Shown: positions 12,735 through 25,487, counted from the first letter of the stretch. The stretch: DNA of 64,000 nt from Treponemataceae bacterium (GCA_963677895.2 CAXXGJ010000006.1:192001-256000); one strand, 5' to 3'. Numbers and translations are program-made. The notes: generated from the sequence alone by a model not told the origin.

Positions 12735-13835
12735 TCAGAATTTTCTGGAGAGCGAGTATTCTATGAATTCCTTGAGGATCCCAAGCTTTTCGGCGTCGAG
12801 GCCGGCGGTATGGCGGGAAAGCTCGTCAAGGCACTGTTGGGCCTTTTGCGCATAGGCGGCGGAGAGCGCCCTTACCTGGGCATCGATCCCATGGGCTCTC
12901 ACAAGGCCGCGCACATGATCGACATCCTGCCTGGTGATATCCTGGTTGCCGAAGATCGCGTAGAACCCTGGCTTTTCCGAGTCTTCGAGAACTTGGGTGA
13001 GCAGGATCATGAAGGGGGTTTTCTTGCCTTCCCGTATATCCGATCCCACAGGCTTGCCAAGGTCTTCCTCGTCGCCGAACAGACCCAGATAATCGTCCTG
13101 AAGCTGAAAAAGAACGCCCAGATTCAGGCCGAGCGCCTCCAGCGCGGGGATCGCGTCGGCTCTTTCGGCGACGAGGGCTCCGGCGCAGAGGGGAAGGCAT
13201 ATCGTATAGCGGGCCGTCTTGTAGGTGTAAACCTCGATAGTTTGCTCGAGGGCGGGGATTTCCTGGCGGGAGCCGAGGCGCACGTCCTTTATCTGCGCTA
13301 GGCAGACGTCGACAAGTTCGCGCGAAAAGAGCTTTCCAATTTCATGACCAAAACTTGTAATTAGTTGCCAGGCAATGAAATAATAGATATCTCCAGCGCA
13401 TATTCCGATAGCTTCGCCAAGCTCGGCGGCGCTATGGTCGAGGTTGGCTGGGTCGGCGCCGCCGACATGCGCCGCTTCAATCCTTTCGAAAGTCTTGTGC
13501 ATGGTGGGTTGGCCGCGCCGCATCTCATCCTTGTCCATTATATCGTCGTGGACGAGGAGGCCGGCCTGGAAGAATTCAAGAGCAGCGGCGAGCCTCAGGG
13601 CTTTCTCGCGGCGCAGGGTGCTCTCCGTCTCGCCGGCCGAAAAGAGTTCGGAGCTCAGGCAGGCCAGAATGCCCCTCAGCATTTTCCCCGAGAGGATATA
13701 GTCTTTCATGACGGAGAATATCCGTCCCGAATCGCCGGAAAAGCCCGCGCAAGCGGTGCCGCTCGCGAATAGCTGCGCTTCTATGGCTTCGGCGATGTCC
13801 CTTCGCGCCGCGGATGAATACTCGGAGAGTGTCAT
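12735..13835 (-). CDS. Polyprenyl diphosphate synthase (IspA/GGPPS family)
   Basis: LVHDDIMDKDEMRRG, YKTARY, FQLQDDYL, SDIREGK; start moved to MTLSEY. Confidence 0.9.
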   Translation of the reverse strand: MTLSEYSSAARRDIAEAIEAQLFASGTACAGFSGDSGRIFSVMKDYILSGKMLRGILACLSSELFSAGETESTLRREKALRLAAALEFFQAGLLVHDDIMDKDEMRRGQPTMHKTFERIEAAHVGGADPANLDHSAAELGEAIGICAGDIYYFIAWQLITSFGHEIGKLFSRELVDVCLAQIKDVRLGSRQEIPALEQTIEVYTYKTARYTICLPLCAGALVAERADAIPALEALGLNLGVLFQLQDDYLGLFGDEEDLGKPVGSDIREGKKTPFMILLTQVLEDSEKPGFYAIFGNQDITRQDVDHVRGLVRAHGIDAQVRALSAAYAQKAQQCLDELSRHTAGLDAEKLGILKEFIEYSLSRKF

Positions 13836-13958
13836 TGTGCCCCTTTCGTCGTATGTTCTCTCTTTTATAACACGAGTTTCTGGGAGGGGACAGGGTTGGC
13901 CGACTTTTTCTCCCGCGGAAAAACCGGGGCGGGAGATGCGCGAGCCGATTAAAAGCAT

Positions 13959-13990
13959 AAAAAAGACCTTCAGGCGGGCCTGAAGGTCTT
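13959..13990 (-). terminator. Terminator after the sigma factor gene
   Basis: AAGACCTTCAGGC-GG-GCCTGAAGGTCTT hairpin with an adjacent A-tract. Confidence 0.8.
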
Positions 13991-14040
13991 CTGGACTTCG
14001 CTTTCAGCGCGGCGCCAGGATAGACGCCGATTTTCAGCTT

Positions 14041-14913
14041 TCAGGCCACGTAGGCTTCGAGCTTCTCCATCACTTCGGGAACGGAAATCTTCTTGAGCGC
14101 GGCTTTTTCGATCTGGCGGATCCTCTCCTTGGTGAGGTGCATCCTGTCGCCGATTTCCTTGAGGCTCATCGGACGTCTTCCGTTGATGCCGAAGCGATAT
14201 TCTATGACCTGGCGTTCCTTGATGCTCAGCGTTTCGAGCACCGTGTTCAGGTCATCCTTTAGATTCAACGCGTAAGCGTAGTTTTCAGGAGACTGGTAAA
14301 GCGTGTTCTCCACGAAGTCGCCCACGACGCTGGCGTTTCTCTCGTCGTAAACCGGGCTGTCGAGGGAGACGAGATCCCTGGATACGGCGATGATGTCGGC
14401 CACGTGCTCGGGGTCCATGTTGAGGTAGGCGGCGACTTCCCTGATCTCGGCGTCTTCCGAAATGCCCTCGAAGCCTTTGCGCGCTTTTTCGATCTGCACG
14501 AGTTCGTTGGCGCGGTTGAGGGGGAGGCGGATCATCCTGCTCTTCTCGCAGATGGCTTTGAGAATAGCCTGGCGGATCCACCAGACGGCGTAGGAGATGA
14601 AGTGGAAACCCTTCGAGACATCGTAGCGTTCAATCGCGTTCATCAGGCCAATATTTCCTTCGGAGATGAGATCCGAGAGGGGCATGCCCTGATTCTGGTA
14701 CTTTTTGGCGACATTGACGACGAATCGAAGATTGGATTTAACCAGCATGTCCTTGGCGAACTTGTCGCCGGCCGCTGCCTTCAGCGCATATTCATTTTCC
14801 TTCTCTCTCGAGAGGAGGGGGATCTTATTGATTTCTTTGAGATAGATAGAGAGGACGTTTTCGTCGGAATCGCTGGAACTGAACATCATGTTGGAACCAC
14901 TTCTTTTGCTCAT
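14041..14913 (-). CDS. Alternative sigma70-family factor (RpoS/SigA-like, no region 1.1)
   Basis: YLKEI..IPLLS, NLRFVV, DLISEGNIGL, F.SYAVWWIRQAI, LTKERIRQIE. Confidence 0.92.
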   Translation of the reverse strand: MSKRSGSNMMFSSSDSDENVLSIYLKEINKIPLLSREKENEYALKAAAGDKFAKDMLVKSNLRFVVNVAKKYQNQGMPLSDLISEGNIGLMNAIERYDVSKGFHFISYAVWWIRQAILKAICEKSRMIRLPLNRANELVQIEKARKGFEGISEDAEIREVAAYLNMDPEHVADIIAVSRDLVSLDSPVYDERNASVVGDFVENTLYQSPENYAYALNLKDDLNTVLETLSIKERQVIEYRFGINGRRPMSLKEIGDRMHLTKERIRQIEKAALKKISVPEVMEKLEAYVA

Positions 14914-14941
14914 TGTCTTCTCTCCTTGATACTAAGTATAT

Positions 14942-14957
14942 TGCAACATTCGTGCCA
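14942..14957 (-). promoter_or_regulatory. Sigma54 (-24/-12) promoter of the sigma factor gene
   Basis: TGGCACG-AATG-TTGCA, consensus sequence and spacing, about 30 bp upstream of the ATG. Confidence 0.85.
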
Positions 14958-15194
14958 AAAACCTACGTCAAAGAGCGAAACTTGATACAAATTAATATCT
15001 TATTACTGTGTATATATTTATGTATATGGTGTCGACGGAGCGGCCAGGGCCGTATAAAAGAATTCCGGAGCACTACGCGTCGGATTTACGTCAGATCGTG
15101 TCAAAATGACATGCTGCTCTTTGCGGAGGCTAAAACTGTGTGGTTTTGAAACGGTTCTACAATAAAAGCCAGGGATCCGTATCGCTTTTCGGCT

Positions 15195-15869
15195 TTAGAG
15201 TTCACCGAGGCCGTGGACGCGGCCGCAGCAGCGGCCAAAAGGAAGACCCGAACCGCAGATGCAGCGCTGCGAGGGGTCGGCTCGCTGTATCTGGTCCCTG
15301 CCGAAGCTTGCCTTGATAGTCCTGTGTTGTCCTTCGCCGAGCCCGAAGCTGGGAAAGCTAGGTTTGAAATGACGAAAGAAAACCAGTTTCTCGCAGCAGT
15401 CATGATCTTCGAGGAGAGAGCCAGCCTTAATATTCTTCCAGGCGTCGATGACAATCCGCAGAACCGTCTCGCGTTCCTGGAAGGAATCGAAGCGGCTTCG
15501 CGGCTTTTTTGACAGATAAGACGCCATCTGGATATTCGTGAAAGCGTAAAAATCGTCGAGTTCGGCGGTAGGCTGCTTTTGCATGCCGTACCCGTTGATG
15601 TTTCGGAGATAGACGCGGCGCGCGTAGCCTCTCCGCCTCAGCTTTTGGGCCGAGGAAAGGCTTTTTATCGCGAGTTCGCGTTTATCGAGCCTGAAAAGGG
15701 CTACCGAAAGCCAATAAAGCGCGCGGGACAGTTCCTCGGAACAGGAGGGCGGCGTGGCCTCGACCGCCAGGCGCAACGTCTCTATCGCTTTATCTGGTCT
15801 GTGGAGGGCCAGTTCCCTAAGGCCTTTGCGAAGCAACTGCGCCTCATTTTGTCTTTCTTGTTTATCCAT
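15195..15869 (-). CDS. TPR-like protein with C-terminal SEC-C motif
   Basis: N-terminal helical TPR-like segment; C-terminal CICGSGLPFGRCCG. Confidence 0.7.
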   Translation of the reverse strand: MDKQERQNEAQLLRKGLRELALHRPDKAIETLRLAVEATPPSCSEELSRALYWLSVALFRLDKRELAIKSLSSAQKLRRRGYARRVYLRNINGYGMQKQPTAELDDFYAFTNIQMASYLSKKPRSRFDSFQERETVLRIVIDAWKNIKAGSLLEDHDCCEKLVFFRHFKPSFPSFGLGEGQHRTIKASFGRDQIQRADPSQRCICGSGLPFGRCCGRVHGLGEL

Positions 15870-15917
15870 ATATATGCTGCTGATAAAAATATACAAAGGG
15901 ATTCGCGCGTCGGCAAG

Positions 15918-18146
<2,229 letters not shown>

Positions 18147-18156
18147 GTGAGGGAAA

Positions 18157-19401
18157 TCAGATTTTCTTGAAGATGACGACGGCGTTCTGTCCCCCGAAAC
18201 CCATGGAATTCTTGATGAAAGCCCTTACCGGCATGTGGATGCCGACGTTCGGCACATAATCGAGATCGCATTCGGGATCGGGATTGTCATAGTTGATGGT
18301 CGCGTGGACGAAATCCTCGTTCATTCCCAGGATGGAGGCGATGGACTCTATGGCGCCGGCGGCGCCGATGCAGTGGCCGGTCATGGATTTGAGGCTGGAG
18401 ATCTTGAGCTTGCGGGCGTGGTCGCCGAAGGCGGCCTTTATCGCCTTGGTCTCTATCGGGTCGTTGAGCGGGGTGGCGGTGCCGTGCGCGCTCACGTAAT
18501 CGATATCCTCGGGCCGCATATCGGCGTCGGCGAGGGCGAGGCGGATGGCGCGCGCCACTCCCTTGCCTTCCGGGTCGGGGGCGGTGACATGGTGGGCGTC
18601 GCAGGTCTGGCCGAAACCGACTACCTCGGCGTAGATCTTCGCGCCGCGCGCCTTGGCGTGCTCGTATTCCTCGAGGAGGAGGACGCCGGCGCCCTCGGCC
18701 ATGACGAAACCGTCCCTGTCGCGATCGAAGGGGCGGGAGGCTTTCTGCGGATCGTCGTTGCGCGTGGAGAGGGCCTGGATGTTGATGAAGGAGGCCATGC
18801 ACATGCGCACGATGCTCGCCTCGGAGCCGCCCGAGAAGATCATGTCGGCGTAATTGTCGCGGATGAGGCGCATGGCCTGGCCGATGGCGTCAGTGGCGGC
18901 CGCGCAGGCGGTGACGATGCACTGACAGGGGCCGGTGATATTGAGCGTGAGGGCTATCTGGGCCGGACCGAAGTTGGCGAGGCCCTTGGCGACCGTGAGG
19001 GGGGGGACGCGGCCCGGCCCTCGCTCGGTCAGTCGGACCGCCGCTTCCTCTATGCTCGCCGAGCCGCCTTGGCCGGTGCCTATACAGACGCCCGTTCGTT
19101 CGGCGTCGAGCGCTTCCTTCGAAAGGCCGGCGTCCTGGAGGGCCTCGAGGGCAGCATAGACGGCGAACTGGGCGAAACGATCCATTTTTTTCGCTTCTTT
19201 GGCGTCCAGGCGCAGGGAGGCGTCAAAATTCTTGACTTCGCCGGCGATCTTCACGGCGAGGTCCGAGGATTCGATCATCGTTATGGGGCCGATGCCGGAG
19301 CGTCCTGCCTTCACCGAAGCCCAGAACGATGGAACATCGTTGCCGATGGGGCTTACGACGCCCAGACCTGTCACTACGACTCTTCTTTGATTCATGGTCA
19401 C
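18157..19401 (-). CDS. fabF: 3-oxoacyl-ACP synthase II
   Basis: TACAA, AHGTATP, KSMTGH, GFGGQN. Confidence 0.95.
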   Translation of the reverse strand: MTMNQRRVVVTGLGVVSPIGNDVPSFWASVKAGRSGIGPITMIESSDLAVKIAGEVKNFDASLRLDAKEAKKMDRFAQFAVYAALEALQDAGLSKEALDAERTGVCIGTGQGGSASIEEAAVRLTERGPGRVPPLTVAKGLANFGPAQIALTLNITGPCQCIVTACAAATDAIGQAMRLIRDNYADMIFSGGSEASIVRMCMASFINIQALSTRNDDPQKASRPFDRDRDGFVMAEGAGVLLLEEYEHAKARGAKIYAEVVGFGQTCDAHHVTAPDPEGKGVARAIRLALADADMRPEDIDYVSAHGTATPLNDPIETKAIKAAFGDHARKLKISSLKSMTGHCIGAAGAIESIASILGMNEDFVHATINYDNPDPECDLDYVPNVGIHMPVRAFIKNSMGFGGQNAVVIFKKI

Positions 19402-20135
19402 ATCCCCATTCCGCCGTCGACCTGGAGGACGACGCCGGTTACGTATGATGAAAGCGGTGAACAGAGGAAAAGGGCGGCGTTCGCCGCTTCTTCCGCGCTG
19501 CCGACTCTCCCCAGAGGAATGGATTCTTTCAGTTTCTGCTTGAAATCCTCGGGTATCTTATCAGTCATCGAGGTTTCTATAAAGCCCGGAGCGATAGCGT
19601 TGACCCGCAGGTTCCTCGAGGCGACTTCCCGGGCGAGGCTTTTCGTGAAGCCTATGATGCCCGCCTTGGACGCTGAATAATTGGTCTGGCCGCCGTTGCC
19701 CGTGATGCCGACGACGCTGGATACGTTGAGGATGCAGCCGTCGCGCTGTTTCAGCATGGTTCGGAGGACTGCCCTGCAGAGGAGGAAGGCGCTCTTCAGG
19801 TTGGTGTCGAGCACGGCGTCCCAGTCCTCGGTTTTCATGCGCATGAGAAGACCGTCGCGGGTTATGCCCGCGTTGTTCACGAGAATGTCGATCCTGCCTT
19901 CCTTGGCGAGGACGGTCGAGACGGCGGCTTCTATCGATGCCTCGTTCGAGACATCGCAGGAGAGCCAGTAATCCCCGAGGACAGCGGCTTCTCCTTCGTT
20001 GGCCTGAGCGGGCGCGCTTCGGGAGAAAACGTAGACTTTAGCCCCCTCGGTCCGGAACCTGGCGGCTATGGCGGCGCCGATGCCGCGCGAGGCGCCAGTG
20101 ACGACGCAGATTTTATCGGAAAGCAGTTTATCCAT
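19398..20135 (-). CDS. fabG: 3-oxoacyl-ACP reductase
   Basis: TGASRGIG, NNAGITRD, YSASK. Confidence 0.95.
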   Translation of the reverse strand: MDKLLSDKICVVTGASRGIGAAIAARFRTEGAKVYVFSRSAPAQANEGEAAVLGDYWLSCDVSNEASIEAAVSTVLAKEGRIDILVNNAGITRDGLLMRMKTEDWDAVLDTNLKSAFLLCRAVLRTMLKQRDGCILNVSSVVGITGNGGQTNYSASKAGIIGFTKSLAREVASRNLRVNAIAPGFIETSMTDKIPEDFKQKLKESIPLGRVGSAEEAANAALFLCSPLSSYVTGVVLQVDGGMGM

Positions 20136-20153
20136 TGAAGCATCCTCCGGAGG

Positions 20154-21074
20154 CTAGAGCGATTGTGATGAAATGGCGTCGAGGGTTCCGCCGGCAAGGC
20201 AGGGTACCTTCGATCCGAACGCTTTCCAGAGCCCCGCGAGCACCGTGCCGGGGCCGGTTTCGAAGCAGCGCTCGAAGCCGTCGGCGGCGATGGCGCTTTC
20301 CTCGCTGATCCATCGCACGGGGCTTACGATCTGCGCCGAGGCGAATTGCTTGGCCTGGGCGCCCGAAGCGATTTTCGTTCCCGTGACGTTGGAATAAATC
20401 GCGGCTTTGGGATCGTGAAAAACGACATCCTTTAAAATCTCCGCGAAAGCCTCGGACGCTGAAGCCATGATGGGCGAATGGAAGGCGCCCGAGACCTTGA
20501 GGCGCACGACGCGCTTGGCGCCGGCCGCCTTGAGCTTTTCCTCGGCTTGAGCCACGTCGGCCTCCGTTCCCGAAATGACGCATTGGACGGGGCTGTTGTA
20601 ATTGGCCACCCAGACGTTTTTCAGCCCGGCTTCGGCGATCGTCTGCTCGATTTTTTCGGGAGCCAGAAAGAGCACGGCGCTCATGGTCGATCCGCCCGAT
20701 TTCCGTCCGGCCTCGTCCATGAGACGGCCGCGCTCGGCCACGAGCCGGAACATGTCGAAGAATGAGAGTATTCCGGCTTCAGCCAGGGCGGGCCATTCGC
20801 CTACGGAGAATCCGGCGAACCCTGTGGCTACGATGCCGTGTTCGCGGGCGCAGAGGGCGGCGGTCGATCCCGCCAGGGCGAGGGCTATCTGGGTATTCTG
20901 TGTTTGTTTCAGGGCTTCCTCGTCGCTTTCGAAGAGGAGTTTCTTCATATCTATCCTGGAAGCTTCCGATGCCAGTTCGAAGAGCTGGCGGACAGCCTTG
21001 CTCGTTTCGTGGAAATCTTTGGCCATTCCGGGGTATTGGGCGCCTTGTCCGGGAAAAAGAAAGCAGGTTTTCAA
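20154..21074 (-). CDS. fabD: Malonyl-CoA:ACP transacylase
   Basis: FPGQGAQ, GFSVGE, SGAFHS; TTG start with a GGAGGA RBS. Confidence 0.92.
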   Translation of the reverse strand: MKTCFLFPGQGAQYPGMAKDFHETSKAVRQLFELASEASRIDMKKLLFESDEEALKQTQNTQIALALAGSTAALCAREHGIVATGFAGFSVGEWPALAEAGILSFFDMFRLVAERGRLMDEAGRKSGGSTMSAVLFLAPEKIEQTIAEAGLKNVWVANYNSPVQCVISGTEADVAQAEEKLKAAGAKRVVRLKVSGAFHSPIMASASEAFAEILKDVVFHDPKAAIYSNVTGTKIASGAQAKQFASAQIVSPVRWISEESAIAADGFERCFETGPGTVLAGLWKAFGSKVPCLAGGTLDAISSQSL

Positions 21075-21230
21075 GGGTTTTCCTCCTGGGGATTTCTCAA
21101 ACTGCCAAGCTAGGCTCATACGCATAGTATAATTTACAAAAACCCGAAAAATGTAAAGAGCCGCCATGGAGGCGAAAAAATGCCGCTTTTCCCGCTGGCG
21201 AGGGCTTTCTCGCGCGGCTATACTCATCCT

Positions 21231-21545
21231 ATGCCTACCGATTCGACAATGATGATCGTGGAATGCATCCAATCCATACCAGCCGGCCGGGTGCTCTCCT
21301 ATGGGGGGATCGCGGAGATGTCGGGCAACCCGCTGGGGGCCTCAGGCGCTCGCCAGGTGGCCAGGATTCTCCATTCCATGTCGCGAAAATACGGCTTGCC
21401 CTGGTGGCGCGTCGTAAAAAAGGACGGTTCCATAGCCTTGGGCGCCGGCGAGGGAAAGGATCTTCAGCGTCAGCTCCTGGAAGCCGAAGGCATCGAATTC
21501 TCGGCGTCGGGAAAAATCGACATGACAAAATTCGGTTTCCGCTGA
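21231..21545 (+). CDS. Alkyltransferase-like (ATL/YbaZ, MGMT-family) protein
   Basis: IPAGRVLSYGGIA, ARQVARIL, PWWRVV (Trp in place of the catalytic Cys). Confidence 0.85.
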   Translation: MPTDSTMMIVECIQSIPAGRVLSYGGIAEMSGNPLGASGARQVARILHSMSRKYGLPWWRVVKKDGSIALGAGEGKDLQRQLLEAEGIEFSASGKIDMTKFGFR

Positions 21546-21565
21546 TTCAAAAGCGGCTCGTCGCC

Positions 21566-22465
21566 TTATCCCAGGAGAAACTGCGATCCGAGGATCCGCA
21601 GGCCTCTCGCGGCCATAAGCTCTGTGAACTCAGGTCTCAGAAAAAGGCCGCGCACGAGCAGGTGTTCGACGCCTTTTTTGTCGTAGTGGACGCGTATCCT
21701 GTCGAGAATGCGAAATTCCAGGCCTAGTTCGCGAAAATCCTTGGTCACGTAGAGGAAGCGCACTATGCCCAAGGACCTTCCCTCTACCTGAACGACGGCG
21801 CCCGCCGCGGCCGCTATCGGACTTCCCCCGGCCTCGGTGATGTAATAGATGAAGCTGTTGGCGCGGCGGGCTTCCATGAAGTCCAGCACTTCGCTTTTTT
21901 CCAGCAAGGCTGCCGCGGCGGGCAGCCAGTCGAGGGAATCGGTTCGGGCTTCCTCGACGAGGGCGGCCATGTCCAGGGGACTTTCTTCCATCGCGCAGTG
22001 TTCTACGGAAAACTCTTCGTCGAGGAGTTCCTCGTATTCCTCCGGTTCCGGCCCGAGGCGGGAAAGGCCCAAGGCCTCCCTCATGTCGTCCATCCAGGAT
22101 TCGATAAAACGCCTGAGGACGGCGTTCTTGTATTCCCTGAACTGCAGATCTTCCTGAGGATATTCGGAGAGCACCTGCCTGAAAGCCTTGAACACCCCTT
22201 TGCCGTGGGACAGCGCCTTGAGGAGAGCCCGTTTGAGTTCGAGATTCTTGAGGCGGCCGCAGAAGTTTTCCATCAAACGGAATCCATCGGCGGGAGTCCA
22301 TGCCGGCGGCGGGGCCAGATTCGCGGGGAGCTCGCCTTCAGGCCTGGTCACGAGTTCGCCCGTGCGCAGGTCGATGAGGCGGGACTTGGTCTGGTCTTCC
22401 ATCGCGAAAATGATGCGTTCCAGGATGGTCTCGGTCAATTCAAAGGTGGGTTCGCCGTTCAGCAT
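21566..22465 (-). CDS. UPF0158-family protein with C-terminal GNAT-like domain
   Basis: GFRLMENF...KGVFKAFRQVL N-domain; C-terminal LYVTKDFRELGL; GGAGG RBS. Confidence 0.65.
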   Translation of the reverse strand: MLNGEPTFELTETILERIIFAMEDQTKSRLIDLRTGELVTRPEGELPANLAPPPAWTPADGFRLMENFCGRLKNLELKRALLKALSHGKGVFKAFRQVLSEYPQEDLQFREYKNAVLRRFIESWMDDMREALGLSRLGPEPEEYEELLDEEFSVEHCAMEESPLDMAALVEEARTDSLDWLPAAAALLEKSEVLDFMEARRANSFIYYITEAGGSPIAAAAGAVVQVEGRSLGIVRFLYVTKDFRELGLEFRILDRIRVHYDKKGVEHLLVRGLFLRPEFTELMAARGLRILGSQFLLG

Positions 22466-22549
22466 GCCTCCATTGTACACCATGACGGGCTTTCGTGGTG
22501 TACGGAATTGTGGACAGAGGCGAATCGGCCCTGTATACTGGACAAAACA

Positions 22550-23467
22550 ATGAAAGCGAACCTCCACCTTCACTCAAAATTCTCCGACGGCAGCCTCTGG
22601 CCCGAGGAAATCGCCCTCGGGGCGGCGCGCGAAGGCCTGGAGGCGGCCGCCCTCACCGACCACGACACGATGGGCGGAACCGAGCGCTTCGTGAACGCAT
22701 GCGCCCGCCTGGGCGTTCTGGGCATAACCGCCTGCGAAATCGATGTGTCTGAGCCGGAAATAGAGTATAAAAGCGAAATCCTCGGCTATTTCCCCGGCAA
22801 GGCATCCTCTGAATGTCCCGCGACCTTCTCGATGCTGGCCACCGTCCTGGGGGAAAGGAAGAAGCGGCTTGAGTATTATCTTTATTGGGCGAGGACGATC
22901 TTCAGGCGCGAAGACCTGACGATGGACGATCTTCTCGGCGACAAGCTGGCCGGCATGGACAGGGACAAGCTGGAGGGGCTGGATTCCGTTTCCTGGAGCA
23001 AGGTGGATCTCTTTCTGTATCTCAAGGCGCGCCGGCTCATTCCCGCCTACGCGACGTACAAGGGTTTCAAGAAAGAGTGGTTCGTGCCCGGCAAGTTCCC
23101 CAAGTACAAGCTTTCCAAGCCCGGCGTCAGGGAATGCGTGCGCTCCATCCACGAGGATGGCGGTTTCGCCATAGTTCCTCATTTCGGACATTTCTGGAAC
23201 GACGATATCGATGCCATGGAGCGCCGCCGCGACAAGATTTCGTCGCAGCTGGGTTTTTTCCGGAACTGCGGCGTGGACGGCATCGAGCTGTACTGGTATT
23301 CGGGCCGGAAGAAGACCGACGAGATCAATGAACTGATGAAGGAGATGGCCGGCCCTCTCGGTTTCTTCTTCACCTACGGTTCGGACTGCCATGGACCGGG
23401 CACGGACAAGTATACTATGGACAAATTTTCCGGCGATTTCGCCGGTTTCCCGAAGAGTTCCCGATAA
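22550..23467 (+). CDS. PHP-domain phosphoesterase
   Basis: LHLHSKFSDG, LTDHDT, GSDCHG. Confidence 0.88.
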   Translation: MKANLHLHSKFSDGSLWPEEIALGAAREGLEAAALTDHDTMGGTERFVNACARLGVLGITACEIDVSEPEIEYKSEILGYFPGKASSECPATFSMLATVLGERKKRLEYYLYWARTIFRREDLTMDDLLGDKLAGMDRDKLEGLDSVSWSKVDLFLYLKARRLIPAYATYKGFKKEWFVPGKFPKYKLSKPGVRECVRSIHEDGGFAIVPHFGHFWNDDIDAMERRRDKISSQLGFFRNCGVDGIELYWYSGRKKTDEINELMKEMAGPLGFFFTYGSDCHGPGTDKYTMDKFSGDFAGFPKSSR

Positions 23468-23486
23468 AAGACGACAGGAGTTTTTC

Positions 23487-24338
23487 ATGGCACATTGCAT
23501 CGTCCCCGCGGCCGAAGACATTCTCGACAAGGAATTCAAGGTGCTGGACAAGGGCTTCGTCAGGCTCGTCGACTATCTCGGCGGCGACGACCGCATCGTC
23601 CAGGCAGCACGGGTTTCCTACGGAAAGGGGACGAAGAGTTACCGCGAGGACGCCGGCCTCATCGATTATCTGCTCCGCCATGAACATACCTCTCCCTTCG
23701 AGCAGGTCGTGCTCACCTTCCACGTGAAGCTGCCCATCTTTGTGGCGCGCCAGTGGATCCGACACAGGACGGCCAGGGTGAACGAGGTGTCGGGCCGCTA
23801 TTCGGTCATGAAAGACGATTTCTATGTCCCGGCCCCCGGCGATCTCGCCTCGCAGAGCGACGACAACAAGCAAGGGCGGTCGGAGGAGCCGATGGCGGCG
23901 GACCAGGCGGCGAGGGTGCGCGAAATTCTGGAACGCGGGCAGAAGGAAGCGTACGGGGACTATTCAGGCCTGGTGGAGGAAGGGCTCGCGCGGGAAATCG
24001 CGCGCATCAACCTGCCCTTGTCGCTGTACACCGAATGGTACTGGCAGATCGATCTGCACAATCTTTTCAGATTCCTCATGCTCAGGCTGGATTCCCACGC
24101 GCAGAAGGAGATCAGGCTCTACGCGCAGGCCATGCTGGAAATGACGCGCGCCGTGGCGCCGAAGGCCACCGAAAGCTTCGAGCGCAACACCTTGAGCGCG
24201 GTCCGCTTTACCGGCGCCGAAATGGAAGAACTGAAACGAAGGCTGACGGCCGATGCGGACGGCGTTTCCATGCCGCTCCTCAAGGGCAAGGATCTCGAAC
24301 GCCTGGAGGAAAAGCTCCGCACGGGGAAGCAGCTCTAG
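23487..24338 (+). CDS. thyX: FAD-dependent thymidylate synthase
   Basis: AARVSY, HTSPFE, RHRTARVNEVSGRY, HAQKEIR. Confidence 0.96.
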   Translation: MAHCIVPAAEDILDKEFKVLDKGFVRLVDYLGGDDRIVQAARVSYGKGTKSYREDAGLIDYLLRHEHTSPFEQVVLTFHVKLPIFVARQWIRHRTARVNEVSGRYSVMKDDFYVPAPGDLASQSDDNKQGRSEEPMAADQAARVREILERGQKEAYGDYSGLVEEGLAREIARINLPLSLYTEWYWQIDLHNLFRFLMLRLDSHAQKEIRLYAQAMLEMTRAVAPKATESFERNTLSAVRFTGAEMEELKRRLTADADGVSMPLLKGKDLERLEEKLRTGKQL

Positions 24339-24380
24339 GCCGGGAAGGCTGTCCTGGGGCGGAGACGTCGGTTTTTATTC

Positions 24381-25487
24381 CTATAAACGCACATTTTTAT
24401 CCTCACCCATTCCGTAGAGGCGGGAAACGTCGATCGATTCGCCCTCCGGGGAGAGGAGCCTGCCTTCGAAACGGCCGAAGGGACCCGCGTAGTCGATCTC
24501 GGCGATGCCGAGCTTCACCTGGATATCGTGGGAAACCTCGGGATGGAAAATGAGATCCACCAAGCCTTCCGTGTCCTGGATGTTCCAGGGCGATTCGCGG
24601 CCATAGGGGCGCGTGATCTTGACCGGAGGAAGGGGGTAGATGGCTCTGTCGATCCAGAGGCGGTTTTCGTTGTAGCGGACCTGATCCTTCACCTGGTTGT
24701 CGGTGAGGTTGAAGCCGATCCTGCGTCCCGATTCGTCCATGCCGAAGGCGGTTATCCAATCGTAGTGAAGCCGGTAGGGATAGTAGCCTTTATGGTCGTC
24801 CAGGATGCCGGAGGATTGGCTGGGGTCGAAGGGGTATTCGCGTCCGGCGACCTTGATGGCTCCCGAGCAGGGCATGAGGATCTTCGCCGAATACATGGCG
24901 CGGCCGACGCCGAGGGGAAGGCAGACGAAGTATGGCGCGCAGGCTTCCTTCGTGAGGTCGAAGCTAAGGTCGATGTCGAAACTTTCCTTCAGCGTCTTCC
25001 GGTTGGCGGCCGGGCTTTTTTTAAAACGCGACGCTGGGGGATGGGAAGAGGCGCGGAGGCCCAGAAAATTCATTTCGGGGTCGAGGCGGATGGAGAGGTT
25101 GTCGCCTCCGGCCGTCGCGTGGCTTTCCGTAAACTCGAAATTGTGGGGAAAGGAAAACCGGCTTCCGGGAAAAATGTGGCGAAAGCCGTATTTTTTCTTT
25201 TCTTTTCTGTTCCACAGGTCTATCGATGCCATGGTGAGGAATTTGGCGTCGTAGAGGACGGCGAGGAGGAACCAGTCGTCATTGCCGGCCTCGATGGCCT
25301 GCCACTCCTTGAGCCGGAGCCGCTTCAGGAAACGGGGTATGAGGTAGTGGTAGGGTTTTCGGGCGTTGATGAGGTCGGTGATTCCGGGGAAGCCCTCCCA
25401 GGAGCCGTAGACGATGGAGCCGTCGCGGACGAGGGCGACGGGGGCGACGGGGGCGTTGGGAGGCTTTTGTGGTTGAGGGTCAGACAA
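24381..25487 (-). CDS. DUF2804-family protein
   Basis: RLKEW, DDHKGYYPY, GFNL, EN.LW, YAGPFG pattern. Confidence 0.7.
   Translation of the reverse strand: MSDPQPQKPPNAPVAPVALVRDGSIVYGSWEGFPGITDLINARKPYHYLIPRFLKRLRLKEWQAIEAGNDDWFLLAVLYDAKFLTMASIDLWNRKEKKKYGFRHIFPGSRFSFPHNFEFTESHATAGGDNLSIRLDPEMNFLGLRASSHPPASRFKKSPAANRKTLKESFDIDLSFDLTKEACAPYFVCLPLGVGRAMYSAKILMPCSGAIKVAGREYPFDPSQSSGILDDHKGYYPYRLHYDWITAFGMDESGRRIGFNLTDNQVKDQVRYNENRLWIDRAIYPLPPVKITRPYGRESPWNIQDTEGLVDLIFHPEVSHDIQVKLGIAEIDYAGPFGRFEGRLLSPEGESIDVSRLYGMGEDKNVRL

Noticed and set aside
21998..22549. N-terminal extension of the PHP ORF
   Set aside because: Antisense of the UPF0158 gene; the PHP motif starts at 22550.
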